Below, piece after piece: positions 49,901-62,433 of a stretch of 64,000 nucleotides of DNA. Origin of the DNA: Ostrea edulis (Eukaryota). Made by a program: the position numbers and the translations under genes. The stretch is from contig NC_079172.1 of the NCBI RefSeq assembly GCF_947568905.1, positions 59,706,001 through 59,770,000 on the forward strand, given 5' to 3'. The first letter of the stretch is position 1. The number at the start of each line of letters is the position of its first letter. Under the pieces are notes generated by a model, which was not told where the DNA came from, ran no database searches, and saw only the letters and a program-made list of their open reading frames with translations.

Positions 49901-51775
49901 TATTACATCACAAAGAGTATATCAGTGCATACTCATTTGAGATAGAAAATTCTCACAATGAAATGAAAATCTTTATCTCGATCTCTAAATTCAAATTTAA
50001 TGATTAAAAGAGGTGTATATGCATATTATTGTGTAATAAAAACTGAACAAATTGCAAGGAGGATTTTAATACCAAAAGATGAGTTGCTGAAATTGTAATT
50101 TATGGTTAAACGTGGCCATAAAACTAAAAACTTTTCTGGTTATTTAACGTTCAAAACACGTGTGATGCTAATATGTCTGGGTTTTCTATATGACCGGGTG
50201 GGGGGGGGGGAGTGTCCTGAGAAGAGGCAAACTCATGCAATAATAAGAATTGTTTTGTTATTTTGCAGATGTGTTCTGAAGTAAGACAGCCATACCCCTG
50301 CTTTCCAAGGAACCAAACAATTACTTTCCTTGTATTGACATGGTGAAAAATGGGGAGTGTCCAGAAAATGACGAAGACCTCCAGAATGTCATCAGTGATA
50401 TTGTTGCAATTGAATGTAGCCAATTATTATCCAATATATATTATCTATGACTGAACTCATAAGTGGTTAAGGAAAATGTTTTAATTTTTTATTCAGGTTA
50501 TTTAATCCTTTAGGTTGAAATAAATATCTACTGCTTGGAGGTTATTTTACATCTCTCAGGATTTTCTAGATGTCAGATTTCCTAAAACTCACACTTTTGT
50601 TTCATTTTTTTTTTTTTTTTGAATAAATGTACAGAAAAATTGAATATTCTTCTATGGGATATTTTTGCCAATAGTTTCAGTTGAAAGTTGCAACAACAAC
50701 AAAAACAAAAACAAAACAAAATAAACAAAAAAAAAGAAAAGAATTGCAATGATTAAATCTGTATGTTTATAATGAATGTGTCTTTCATGATCTTGTATGT
50801 GACGTTCATGAATTTTTGACATTACCTGACTTACAGTGGAATATCACCCCCCCCCCCCCCCCCCCCCCCCCCATCCTTTATGGCTTTACTTACAATAAAA
50901 CTAAATGATCATGTATATGCAGAGTGAATTTAAAACATGAGAGATATATCATATGTTGTAATTGCCTGCTGAATTTGATAGAAAGCAAAAACGCTTTGAA
51001 TACACGATTCTTGTATATGACTACAATAAATGTACTATTTATTGGTGGAAGGTAATGGTGGAAGATTTTTTTCAAAATAACCCCTCTCCCTTCAATATTG
51101 GGTCAAAGTACAACAAACAATTATTTTCACCCTTCATTAATGCTCATGCATGACATGTGCAATGATATTATTACGTTATCTGAAGATTTTAACTCTACAC
51201 AACCAACATTATTACCCCACCCCCTTTTTTTCTTGCATAAACCCCCCCCCCCCCCCCAATATACCACTAAATTTCATTTGCAACCAAATTCCCTTTAACA
51301 TATATTAGAAATTGATAGGTTCTACACATGTATCAAATATGATGTCTATTGAAGCGTTTCTTGGGTAACTATACCTGTTTCAGTGCAAATAGGTGAAATT
51401 AGGTAAAATTTCAGCATTTCTCTCATTTTAAAACTTTGATATTTTATTGCACTGTGTATTAAATTTGATTGTTTATGTGTTATTAATTCCTATCTGTCTC
51501 TGCAATATCATGAAATATGTATCATTAAATTGCAAAACATGGGTTTTGCATTAAACCAAAAAGAAGAGTACATTGTCTGATTTTTTTTAATAGATCTAAA
51601 TATAGAAATGGGGAAAACCAAGTGTTTCTCGTTTCCATGGTTACCGATCAAGTGGAATGAAAATAATTATTTTTACGTTCAAGTTATGTTATCTAAAGCA
51701 TATATACCAAGTTTCATGAAATTCCGACACATGTCCATCAATAGCCATTTGCATGGTTCTATCGTAGACAGACTC
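46999..51775. mobile_element. 4.8-kb TTAA-flanked DNA transposon (GAG...CTC termini; Sola3- or Kolobok-like)
   Basis: TTAA|GAGGCTGTCTACGATAGAACCATGCAAA ... TTTGCATGGTTCTATCGTAGACAGACTC|TTAA, a 28-bp TIR with 1 mismatch. Nested repeat scraps occur at about 49.05-49.7 kb. Confidence 0.85.
47590..50450 (+). pseudogene. Spliced gene remnant inside the TTAA element (exons about 47590-48003, 48217-48286, 50269-50450), product unknown
   Basis: GTAAGT/TTGCAG and GTATGA/TTTTGCAG junctions are phase compatible (0, then 1). Joined peptide ...SATLLKLPLIL|TRQYIEKHKSWVQIKTDVKKELK D|VF*SKTAIPLLSKEPNNYFPCIDMVKNGECPENDEDLQNVISDIVAIECSQL. The first exon has several stops and frameshifts. Confidence 0.55.
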
Positions 51776-52189
51776 TTAAGAAAAAATTATGTTGTAGAAT
51801 ACTTTTGACTATTGAAATTTAGCTTAGATATGCAGAGCATGAATATCATTATAGACTATATAGTGTTTGGAGCTAGAGATATCTTTAACTATTACTCGGT
51901 GACCAATAAGGCTTGTGGGCCTGTTGATTTTAATAAGGCTTGTGGGCCTGTTGATTTTTAGTCAAGTGGTTCTTGAAAACCAGATTATTTAAACCATCCA
52001 CTATATCCCCATTTAGAAATCTGAAAAATGTGATCATTTACATCATCTATATTGAATCCCTTTTATCCAAGGATAAATTAGTTATTGTTGGGCATTGGTT
52101 TTGTAGAAGAAATTGAACATGTGAAAAATCAATAAGCTTATCCACGAACGTTTTTGACAACTCTAGTATATCTAAAAGTCGCGGGTTCA

Positions 52190-52375
52190 AATCCCGCTTG
52201 TTCCTAGGTCACGTGAAACCTGAGCCCAAACATAGATGGATACTGCTCCCTCACTAAACGTTCGGTATGTGAGAGTAGTGGGTCTTCATACCGCAGTACC
52301 ATGTGACTGCAGGGATTGAGACGATCACTCTCCCAAGAACAATTATATTGTAGTAATCCCTGAATAATTTCTCAG
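52190..52375 (+). mobile_element. Degenerate SINE
   Basis: B-box-like GGGTTCAAATCCC, followed by ACTGCTCCCTCACTAAACGTTCGG, similar to the body at 26.87 kb. Confidence 0.5.
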
Positions 52376-53594
52376 ATAAAAGTAAAAAACTTTATATTCA
52401 GCCATTTCTCAGCTACATAATCCACAAACTGTACATGAATTTGGCTTTAAGCACCCCCATTGACCAAATATTTTCAACTCATGATATAGCACATCTTGGG
52501 TGGGGGGGGGGGGGGGGTCAATTGAGCAAAGAATACATCACATTTCCGAACTCACTTATCAAAACGCTTTAAAATTGTTTTATTAATGGCTAGTACAACG
52601 AAAACACAGACATTGGTGATTTGAGTGCGAAATATCTCAGTGTTTTTCAACATGCAAAGCAATCTAGAATAATAATTGAAATTACTTCATTCAAATAGCT
52701 TGTTAATTCACCAACCTATAGTGAACAGCCAGTATTCTTTGTTCCCGTCTCTTGTTGAGTTGCAACTCTGTGAAAAGGAAATTAGCATGGATATTATTAA
52801 CATTGTAAATGCAGTTTTAAAATAAACGGATAGGTAATGTATAAATGTAACTCAATGCAGACAAAATACATTAAGTGATCAAGCTGGGATTCAACATTTC
52901 AATACCAGCTTAACACGTGACATCGCTGAGTGAACGGGCCGATATTCGAATCGTCAAACTCGGCGGCAGCTTCACCTGATAAACCACTGAATGATTGGGT
53001 TAGTAATCGAATTATCGACCTTTCGGTGCTAGCTTCACCTATTACACAACCAAATTATTGAACTGGGAATCGAATTGTCGATCTTTCAGTGTCACCTCAA
53101 CGAATTGAATCACCTAATAATCGAGCTGGAATTAATATAAACTGACTGCTTGGTGCCAAAATAACCCGTGATTCGCATCGTCGACCTATTGAGATCAAAT
53201 TAACCATCGTGGTGGTTTTCACTGTTCTCTCCAACAATTTGATAAAAGGCACAACTTTTTATAAACTATATAAAAGGTGTGAAGACGAATTAGGCAGTGA
53301 TTTGAATTCGAGTATTCCACGTATCCCCTGTTTTTAAATGCTCCTTAATGGCGTTTTTAAGCGTGTCTGTATAATGAGAACGATTCTATTTGAGGATTTT
53401 CACACATTTAGAAATGTCACCTGCTTTAGCTGAAGTGCGACAAATTTGACCGCAGCAGTGTGGGTTCTTTATTGTGCCAAAGCCTACCGTGATTTCCATT
53501 TTTAAAGTCATATTCTAAAGATCCTTGACTTTCACTATTATTTCGGAGAAGAAATAAGTTTGACACGGCGCTAGGATTCAGACAACTCGTTACT

Positions 53595-54872
53595 GCGAGT
53601 GGTTAAAACATAGCTTGGAACATGTTACGTATAAGTTTAGCTCTTATTGATGATAGCGAGTGTATAAAACATAGCTTGGTACATGTTACGTATAAGTTAA
53701 GATCTTACTGGTGATAGCGAGTGGATAAAACATAGCTTGGTACATGCTACGTATAAGTTTAGCTCTTATTGATGATAGCGAGTGGTTAAAACATAGCTTG
53801 GAACATGTTACGTATAAGTTAAGCTCTTATTGATGATAGAGAGTGGTTAAAACATAGCTTGGTACATGTTATGTATAAGTTAAGCTCTTATTGATGATAG
53901 CGAGTGGTTAAAACATAGCTTGGTACATGTTACGTATAAGTTTAGCTCTTATTGATGATAGCGAGTGGTTAAAACATAACTTGGTACATGTTACGTATAA
54001 GTTTAGCTCTTATTGATGATAGCGAGTGGTTAAAACATAGCTTGGTACATGTTACGTATAAGTTTAGCTCTTATTGATGATAGCGAGTGGTTAAAACATA
54101 GCTTGGTACATGTTACGTATAAGTTAAGATCTTACTGATGATAGCGAGTGGTTAAAACATAGCTTGCTACATGTTACGTATAAGTTAAGATATTATTGAT
54201 GATAGCGAGTGGTTAAAACATAGCTTGGTACATGTTACGTATAAGTTAAGATCTTATTGATGATAGCGAGTGGTTAAAACATAGCTTGGTACATGTTACG
54301 TATAAGTTTAGCTCTTATTGATGATAGCGAGTGGTTAAAACATAGCTTGGTACATGTTACGTATAAGTTAAGATCTTATTGATGATAGCGAGTGGTTAAA
54401 ACATAGCTTGGTACATGTTACGTATAAGTTAAGATCTTATTGATGATAGCGAGTGGTTAAAACATAGCTTGGTACATGTTACGTATAAGTTAAGATATTA
54501 TTGATGATAGCGAGTAGTTAAAACATAGCTTGGTACATGTTACATATAAGTTAAGATCTTATTGATGATAGCGAGTGGTTAAAACATAGCTTGGTACATG
54601 TTACGTATAAGTTTAGCTCTTATTGATGATAGCGAGTGGTTAAAACATAGCTTGGTACATGTTACGTATAAGTTAAGATCTTATTGATGATAGCGAGTGG
54701 TTAAAACATAGCTTGGTACATGTTACGTATAAGTTTAGCTCTTATTGATGATAGCGAGTGGTTAAAACATAGCTTGGTACATGTTACGTATAAGTTAAGA
54801 TCTTATTGATGATAGCGAGTGGTTAAAACATAGCTTGGTACATGTTACGTATAAGTTTAGCTCTTATTGATA
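53595..54872. repeat. 61-bp minisatellite, 21 copies
   Basis: Unit GCGAGTGGTTAAAACATAGCTTGGTACATGTTACGTATAAGTT(TAGCT/AAGAT)CTTATTGATGATA. Confidence 0.98.
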
Positions 54873-54964
54873 ATAGGATTGGGGTAACAGGAGGAGTAGA
54901 GTAAAATATGTTATTTAATAGTCACAGTTTTGAATATTAGTTTCAGAAAAAATACAAATATGAA

Positions 54965-55335
54965 ATAAGCTATATTGAGGCTGAACACTGACAAATAAAA
55001 CATTGTTACAGGCGTTTCAACAGTTTTGTTTAAAGTCTGCATTTCGCAAATTATATGGCCGTTATGACGATCTAGTTTGCCAACACAACGTGTCAATGGG
55101 TCAAATGCTGCCCTACATGTTTCATATTAATTGCTAGACCGTTCTTTACCCAGATTTTGACTACAAATCACTCCGTATACCTGAACAAAATATAGGGCTC
55201 TCGGCGATTATGATCTGTGAAGATGGGATAGGTACTCCTCACAGGCACTTAATCTCACCTTTGGTGTGTTCAGGGGTCCACATTTGCCTTACTCTTAATT
55301 TTGTATTCTTTATAAGAGTTATGAGATTGATCAAA
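54965..55335 (+). mobile_element. Diverged PLE 3' fragment
   Basis: GGGTCAAATGCTG..GTTTCATA...GAGTTATGAGATTGATCAAAGTTCGTTATCTTCAAC. Confidence 0.8.
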
Positions 55336-55404
55336 GTTCGTTATCTTCAACTTCTCACAGTCAATACCAGTCAAAAGCTAGATGTATGGAATGCATAACT
55401 TCAG

Positions 55405-57605
55405 TGGTAGGATCTAGTTCAATAGTAGGATCTAATCCAGAAGTCTCGTTTAGTAAGATCTAGGTCAGTAGGGTCTATTTCAGTAGCGAATCTAGTTCAA
55501 TAGGAGATATAGTTCAATAAAAGATCTAGTTCAATAAGAGATATAGTTCAATAAGAGATTTAGTTCAGTTGTAGGATATAATTCAGTTGGATGATCTAGC
55601 TCAGTAGGGGGTCTAGTTCAGTAGGAGATCTAGCTCAGTGGGGGTATAGTTCGGAGGATCCATTTCAGTAAGATTTTGTTCAGAAGGATCTAGTATGAGA
55701 AATGTATGAGGTTCATTAAGAGGATGTAGTTCACTACCAGTAGGGGTATCTAGTTCAAAAGATTGTAGTGCAATAGTGGGATTTAGTTAAGTAGGGTGAT
55801 CTTGTTCAGTAGGATGTAGTTCAGTAAAATCTAGTTCAGTAGGATCTGGTTTAGTAGGATCTACTTCAATTGGATCTAGTTTAGTAGGGATCTAGTTCTG
55901 GAATGGGATCTAGTTCAGTAGAGGGTGAAGTTCAGTAAGGATCTACTTCAATTGGATTTAGTTCAGGAGGAAGATCTACTTCAGTGGGGAATCTAGTTCA
56001 TTAGGGATCTAGTTCTGGAATGGGATCTAGTTCAGTAGGATCTAGTTCTGGAATGGGATCTAGTTCAGTAGGGATCTAGTTCTGGAATGGGATCTAGTTC
56101 AGTAGAGGGTGTAGTTCAGTAAGGATCTACTTCAATTGGATTTAGTTCAGGAGGAAAATCTACTTCAGTGGGGGATCTAGTTCAGTAGGGATCTAGTTCT
56201 GGAATGGGATCTAGTTCAGTAGGGATCTAGTTCTGGAATGGGATCTAGTTCAGTAGGGATCTAGTTCTGGAATGGGATCTAGTTCAGTAGGGATCTAGTT
56301 CTGGAATGGGATCTAGTTCAGTAGAGGGTGTAGTTCAGTAAGGATCTACTTCAATTGGATTTAGTTCAGGAGGAAAATCTACTTCAGTGGGGGATCTAGT
56401 TCAGTAGGGATCTAGTTCTGGAATGGGATCTAGTTCAGTAGGGATCTAGTTCTGGAATGGGATCTAGTTCAGTAGGGATCTAGTTCTGGAATGGGATCTA
56501 GTTCAGTAGGGATCTAGTTCTGGAATGGGATCTAGTTCAGTAGGGATCTAGTTCTGGAATGGGATCTAGTTCAGTAGAGGGTGTAGTTCAGTAGGATCTA
56601 GTTCAGTAGAGGGTGTAGTTCAGTAAGGATCTAGTTCAGTAGAATCTAGTGCAGTAAGATCTAGTTTATTAGAAGGATCTAGTCCAGTAAGTAATAGTTC
56701 AGTAGAATGTAGTTCAGTAGGAGAATCTAGTTCAGTAGGATCTAGTGCAGTAGGATCTACTTTAGTAGGATCTAATTTATTAGAAGGATCTAGTCCAGTA
56801 GATAGTAGTTCAGTAGAAGGTAGCTCAGTAGGAGAATCTAGTTCAGTAGGATCTTGTTCAGCAAGAGGATCTAGTTCAATAGTGGGATCTAGTTCAGAAG
56901 GGGGATTTAGTTCAATAGGATGTAATGCAGTAGGAATATATAGTTCAGTAGGATCTAATTCAGTGGTAGAAAATATATTTTAACAGACTCTGATTTAAAA
57001 GGGTAATCTAGTTCAGTACAATTTAGTTCAGTAGGATCTATTTCAGTAGCATCCTAGTTCATTAGGGCATCTAGATTAGTCGAGGATCTAGTTCAGTTGG
57101 AGGATCTAGTTCGGTAAGAGGATCTAGTTCAGCAAGGGGTGTGGTTCAGTAGAATCTAGTTCAGCAGGGGGTGTGGTTCAGTAGGATCTAGTTTAGCAGA
57201 ACCTAGTTTACTAGCATCTAATGCAGTAGAAGGATATAGTTTAGTAGGATCTTGTTTGATAAAAGGATCTAATTCAATAGAGGGATCTAGTTCAGTAGGA
57301 TTTTGTTCAATAAGATCTAGTTCACTAAGGGAATCTAGTTCAATGTGATATCTATTTCATTATGATCTAGTTCAGCAGCATATATTTTAGTAGGTTGGTG
57401 TAGTTCAGTAGGATTTACTTCAGTAGGATCTAGCTCAGTAATATGATCTTGTTGAGTAAAATCTAGTTCAGTAGGATTTAGTTCAATAGGATTTAGTTCA
57501 GTGGGATTTACTTCAGTAGGGGGTCTAGTTCAGTGGAGGGTCTAGTTCAGTAGGATGATCGAGTTCAGTAGGTGAAACTATTTCAGTATGATTTAGCTCA
57601 TTAAA
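55405..57605. repeat. 2.2-kb GGATCTAGTTCAGTA-type satellite with a homogenised higher-order core (about 55.9-56.6 kb)
   Basis: More than 100 degenerate monomers of about 15-18 bp. The core is built from a 34-bp dimer GGGATCTAGTTCTGGAAT-GGGATCTAGTTCAGTA. Confidence 0.95.
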
Positions 57606-57719
57606 AGGATCTACGTCAGGAAGAGGACCTCGGGAATTTGCCGGTTTTCATGAAGATTCTCAGCGAACAAACTTTGATATCGACATCCATAATAATAAAT
57701 CACAGGGGTAGCATGTATC

Positions 57720-58917
57720 AACCTGCTTGTGCTTAAATGTTAGAAAAATTTTATGTGTACAAAAGTGGACACTTCATTCAAAATGGGTTGATAATGATGG
57801 TAAAATCTTGGAGGACCTGGTTTCTGAACATGGAAACATTAGATGTTGTAATGAAATAAAAGGAGTGCTTGGTACTAATAGCTTTTTAGATTATTTTCAA
57901 GTGATATCACAAATACCTTCAAAAGTCAAAAGAGATATCATTGTATTGAAAGACAGTAGAAATGATCAAAATAATGAACATATTGAAATACGTATTGTAC
58001 AACAATTGTTGTCAACATGTAATGCTAAATTTTATATAAAATTTTGAAAGGAAAGGAATTTATAGCCCCAACCTCTACAAAGGATCAATGGGGAACCTTT
58101 ACTGGATGAGCCCATTTCAGAAAAAGACTGGCATTTTCATTTTGTAAATGCGTCATTATGTACAAAAGAGACAAAAATAATTTACTTTCAATACCGAATA
58201 CTGATGAATTACTACCAACTCCTTTCTAAACAAATTTTAAATTTCAGACAATAATTTATATATATGGTGTGTCCAGGGGTCTGTGTTTGCCCAACTATCT
58301 ATCTTGTATTGCTTATAGGAGTTATGAGATTGATCACTGTTCGTTATCTTCACCTTGCATACATTTTGTAATTGTGAAGCAGAAACAATAATGGGCACTT
58401 TCTTTTATTATGTATGTCAACTTATTCTGGAATGATTTCGAGCAATGGTGAAAATAATCATAAAATTTCAGGAAGAATAGTTTTGCTTGGTAATACAGAC
58501 TGTTTAGAAAATTTTCTTTTATTGGTTTCAGAAACGTTTATACATTATTCCAGATCACAAGGAATCATGTCAACATTTTCTGAGGCAGTGAATTTATTTA
58601 AGTACGACCAAAAAATGGAAGAATATTGTGAAAATATGTTTCAATGTAAAGCCAAAATACTTAGTAAATGGTAAATATACGATATTGTGTATAACAAGTG
58701 ATGAAAAACCAAAGCAATATTGGCTATATTTGTTAGTATTATTTTTAGTATCAATTTGTTGATATGTATACATACATGTATTTTCAATACCTTTAAATCA
58801 TGCTTAGCTGTCAAATACTAATTATGTAGAAAGTGTTTTTGTATGGAAGATTGAGTGTGATATCATGTATGTAGATGTTATCATGAATGTCTTGAAATAA
58901 AGAATTATAAAAAAAAC
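57720..58917 (+). mobile_element. L1/Tx1 3' fragment (ORF2 C-terminus) with A-rich tail, interrupted by a PLE tail at about 58262-58359
   Basis: SKWVDNDGKILEDLV..FLDYFQVISQIPSK; TKETKIIYFQYRIL; after the insertion, TFCNCEAETIM (zf-RVT-like); ends AATAAAGAATTATAAAAAAAA. Confidence 0.75.
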
Positions 58918-60266
58918 TTTGATATCCAAGAGTTTCTTATAATATTTTCATTTTCGCTCGCATTAATAAAATTTACCGTAGTAAATCTGGAGTTTTCGCC
59001 TGCATCTGCCAATATTTACAATATGTACATGAGATGATTTTGTTCTTGTTTTATGTATGTAAAGTAGAGAGGAATGCCCATTGATTTAAACAGTGTGATA
59101 TAATGTGATATAACGTTTAATTTTATACATAACGTTTTGTGGTCGTCCAGTTGTGGGTTGTTTGTTGTTTTTTGTTTTTTGTTGTTTTTTTTTTTTGTTT
59201 GTTAATTGATGTGGCAACATGTGCCTATCAAGAAAAAAATGTTGATTATGATTTTACCAAAATAATTTGTCAGCTTACATGTACCTAGATTAATTTGTAA
59301 TATTATCTAATGCTATGATATTTTACCTGTTGGTTCTTCACATAGGGTCGTAGGGCTGATAATATAGGGGAAAGAAAGGGTTGATATTTACATTTCATGT
59401 TTTGGCAGCCATAATACTTTACTCGGATCGTAACTTCTGGTTTAGTGACACCTAAGCTATATGTGTGAAGTTTAGAATATTCGATTAGGTTATAGATTAT
59501 ACTTCCTTACAGAAGTTATTCAATAGCTTAAGGCTATATAATTATTTACATCTATTATGAAATAGTTCTTATATTCAATCAAAGTTGATGGAGCTACATT
59601 TGTTTACTTTATCGTCTGTATCTACAATATTTATACACCATGTTGTCATATACTTAACGTAAAGCACAGAGGTATTTCCTAAACATTAAGAACCTAATTC
59701 AATTTGTCTAATTCAGTTTATCGATGTGTATTATTTACAGCTGCTATTAATACAATGTTTAGATAATTACGATATTGTACGGTGGTTTGAGTGACAAAAG
59801 TAGTTCCAAATGGAAACTTGTGTGGGAACTCAGCTTCCCGTACAAGTCGCTGATTGGCTGATAGCTCGTACGGCACATTTTCATTGGATAGTAAGAGGCA
59901 TGTAACATAGAATAAAAGGTTATATAAGGAAGCTCGGTACTACGCTAAGACATATTTCAACTACTGTAGTTGTTGACCGGGAAACTTTAAATTGTCTGTG
60001 ATCAATGAGAAGGCGAGCCACATATTATTGAAGATTATTTATCAAAGTGGAGATTAAATAGATGAATTTAATTTGAAATAATGCTGGAGATTCAGAAACA
60101 GAGCCATCCCCTCAGGTAGTTTACATCTGATGTCAGAAGTGGGATGCTAAAGATCTTAGCATCCTGATACGAACCCTTGTGCCGTCCAGTGTGGTAGAGT
60201 AACATCATTTTAGAAGTTTAACAACGCCATCTTCTTTTAAACCCTTATTAGTTAAGAGTAAAAAGA

Positions 60267-61150
60267 TGTCTGAGTCTGTTGATCATGAAGTCAAGATATG
60301 CGTTCCTAAATTGGTAGCCGTACATGAGGGTGGTGAGGATGACGCGTTTTTCAATAATCAGATGAATGGTGATGGGCAGACATAGATTGAGTTTATGTCC
60401 TTTTCTACCAAGATAAATGAGGGATGTCAAACTCCAGGAAGGCCTATCCACTCTAGTTTGAACCCCCGTTGTTAATTTCACGGTGAAGCCAGAGTCGGGA
60501 AGAATACACATCTCATTTCGAGGACTGTACAGAGCTAGGTAGATCGACAGAAAAAGAAAAAATGTACTTTTCCTTGCCACGAGCTTGCGAGACCAAGCCA
60601 GTACTTTTTACATGAGTCTTGCTGTATCAGAACGTAGGTCCTATGACACCCTTATTGACAATTTCAGTAGGATATTTGGGAATTCAAGGCACCAGAATAA
60701 ATGGCTGTCTAAACTAGAGACGCGGGGAAAACTGCCAGTTGAGGGTGCTGCTGCCTTGGGAGACGACATCCGCCAGATGGCCTAGCCTAGCAAGTCTATT
60801 GTAACCTTAACGATACAGCACAGGGACGTTTTAGCTCTAAACCTTATATACAAAGTAATATCAGTGGAAATGAAGTGTAGATGCATTGTCAAACTGTCTC
60901 TGATGCTGCAGATGTAATTGATCGGTATAAAGCTTTTCTAGGTGAGAACTCTGATAAAAAGAAACATCAAACATGGGCAGCCAAATCAGTTGATGAGAGG
61001 TTAGATATCATGGATCACAAACAAACACTTGGTATAGCACCATGCAGTCAAATAACTGATCAAAGTGAACTTCTCAAGGAAATCAGTGCCAGGTTGGAAC
61101 GACTAGAAAGGAGTCGTAAGACGGTATCCAACCATTTATGCTACAACTGT
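60267..61150 (+). pseudogene. gag: Gypsy gag remnant
   Basis: HFEDCTELGR..EKCTFLATSLRDQASTFYMSL..YDTLIDNFSRIFG..CQTVSDAADVIDRY..ELLKEISARLERLER..CYNC (truncated zinc knuckle). Contains stops and frameshifts. Confidence 0.75.
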
Positions 61151-61950
61151 AACTCTTGGGTCCCTTGCCTGTCTCTACAAAAGGAAATAGATACATACTT
61201 GTCATGACTGATTGTTTTACTAAATGGACAGAGGCTACAGCTATTCCTGATCAAGACACTTACACCATTATCATTCCATTTGTAAATGAGATTGTCTGTA
61301 GATTTGGAACCCAAATACATTCAGATCAAGGCAGAAATTTCGAGTCGAAAGCTTTTAAAGAGATATGCTAGATCTTTCACATTGACAAAACCCGAACCAG
61401 TAATATGAGACCGCAAGCCAATGGTAGTGTCAAAAGGTTCAACCGTACACTAGTTACCATGCTGCAATGCACTGTGAACATGACCAGAAGACCTGAGATA
61501 AGTATCTTCCCCAAGTTATGATGACTCATCTCGAGTCTGTCCACTCCAGTACAGGTAATGGTCCTAACCCCATGATCTTAGAGAGGAATACCACACTCCC
61601 ATTGGAAGCAGTTGTTGGTAAACCTTCACATCCAACATATGATGATGTAGAACCAGATGAATATATTGAGAAGCTTCAAAAGACATTAAGAGATGTTCAT
61701 GATCTGGCCAGGAAAAATCTGGAAATTAAAATGCATACTACAATTAACGTTATTATGACATCAAAGCTAAGAAGCAGCAGCTGGAGAGAGAAAAGTTGGG
61801 GTCTGCCAGAAGCTGACTTCCAAGTGGAAGGGTCCTTACCTTGTTACCAAAAGGATTGATGATGTGAAATAGCTTGGACAGAGAACTCTCAGGAAACCTC
61901 CAAATTCTATCATGTGGATAGACTTTTACCTTATAGAGGAAAAACCCTCC
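61151..61950 (+). pseudogene. pol: Gypsy integrase core and C-terminus remnant
   Basis: GPLPVSTKGNRYILVMTDCFTKWTEATAIPDQ..IVCRFG..IHSDQGRNFESKAF..RPQANGSVKRFNRTL..HSSTGNGPN. Confidence 0.88.
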
Positions 61951-62433
61951 CAAATTGGTTTCAGAAAGTTTTGAATAAACCATATATGTTTCTGATGGTG
62001 TTGTTCCTTGTTTTTTATTTCACTGGGAATAACCTAGTCACTATTTTGATATTGGCGAAATTTTGAGGAGGTTGGAATAAACAGCTGACCTAATCACCCA
62101 GTGCTTGTTGTTGGGGGTGGTGAACAAGTCGTTTATAAGACTGTATTATAGACGTGGACCTACTACTTGGTACACATCACATTTATAAGTGGTGTCTTGT
62201 CAAACCAGTCTCAAATAGATGTCTCATATGTACCGGTACAGATGTAGTTCTAGACATATTTAGATGATAAATGTTATTATTTCTTGTTTAGTTAGAGCAA
62301 CATCAACAGCAACTAATTATTATCTGATCAGAGGTCATATATTATAGTAAATTTTGAAAAACCTGGTAGCCTTAGACGTCTGAAGATGTAGACTTTCAAG
62401 ATAGATGTAGCAATAAATCCATACCATTTTTAC

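Noticed and set aside
50848-50872. Long poly(C)/poly(G) runs (also 2730, 47930, 51241, 52500) as G-quadruplex elements
   Set aside because: Simple homopolymers, common in this kind of genome and error-prone in assemblies.
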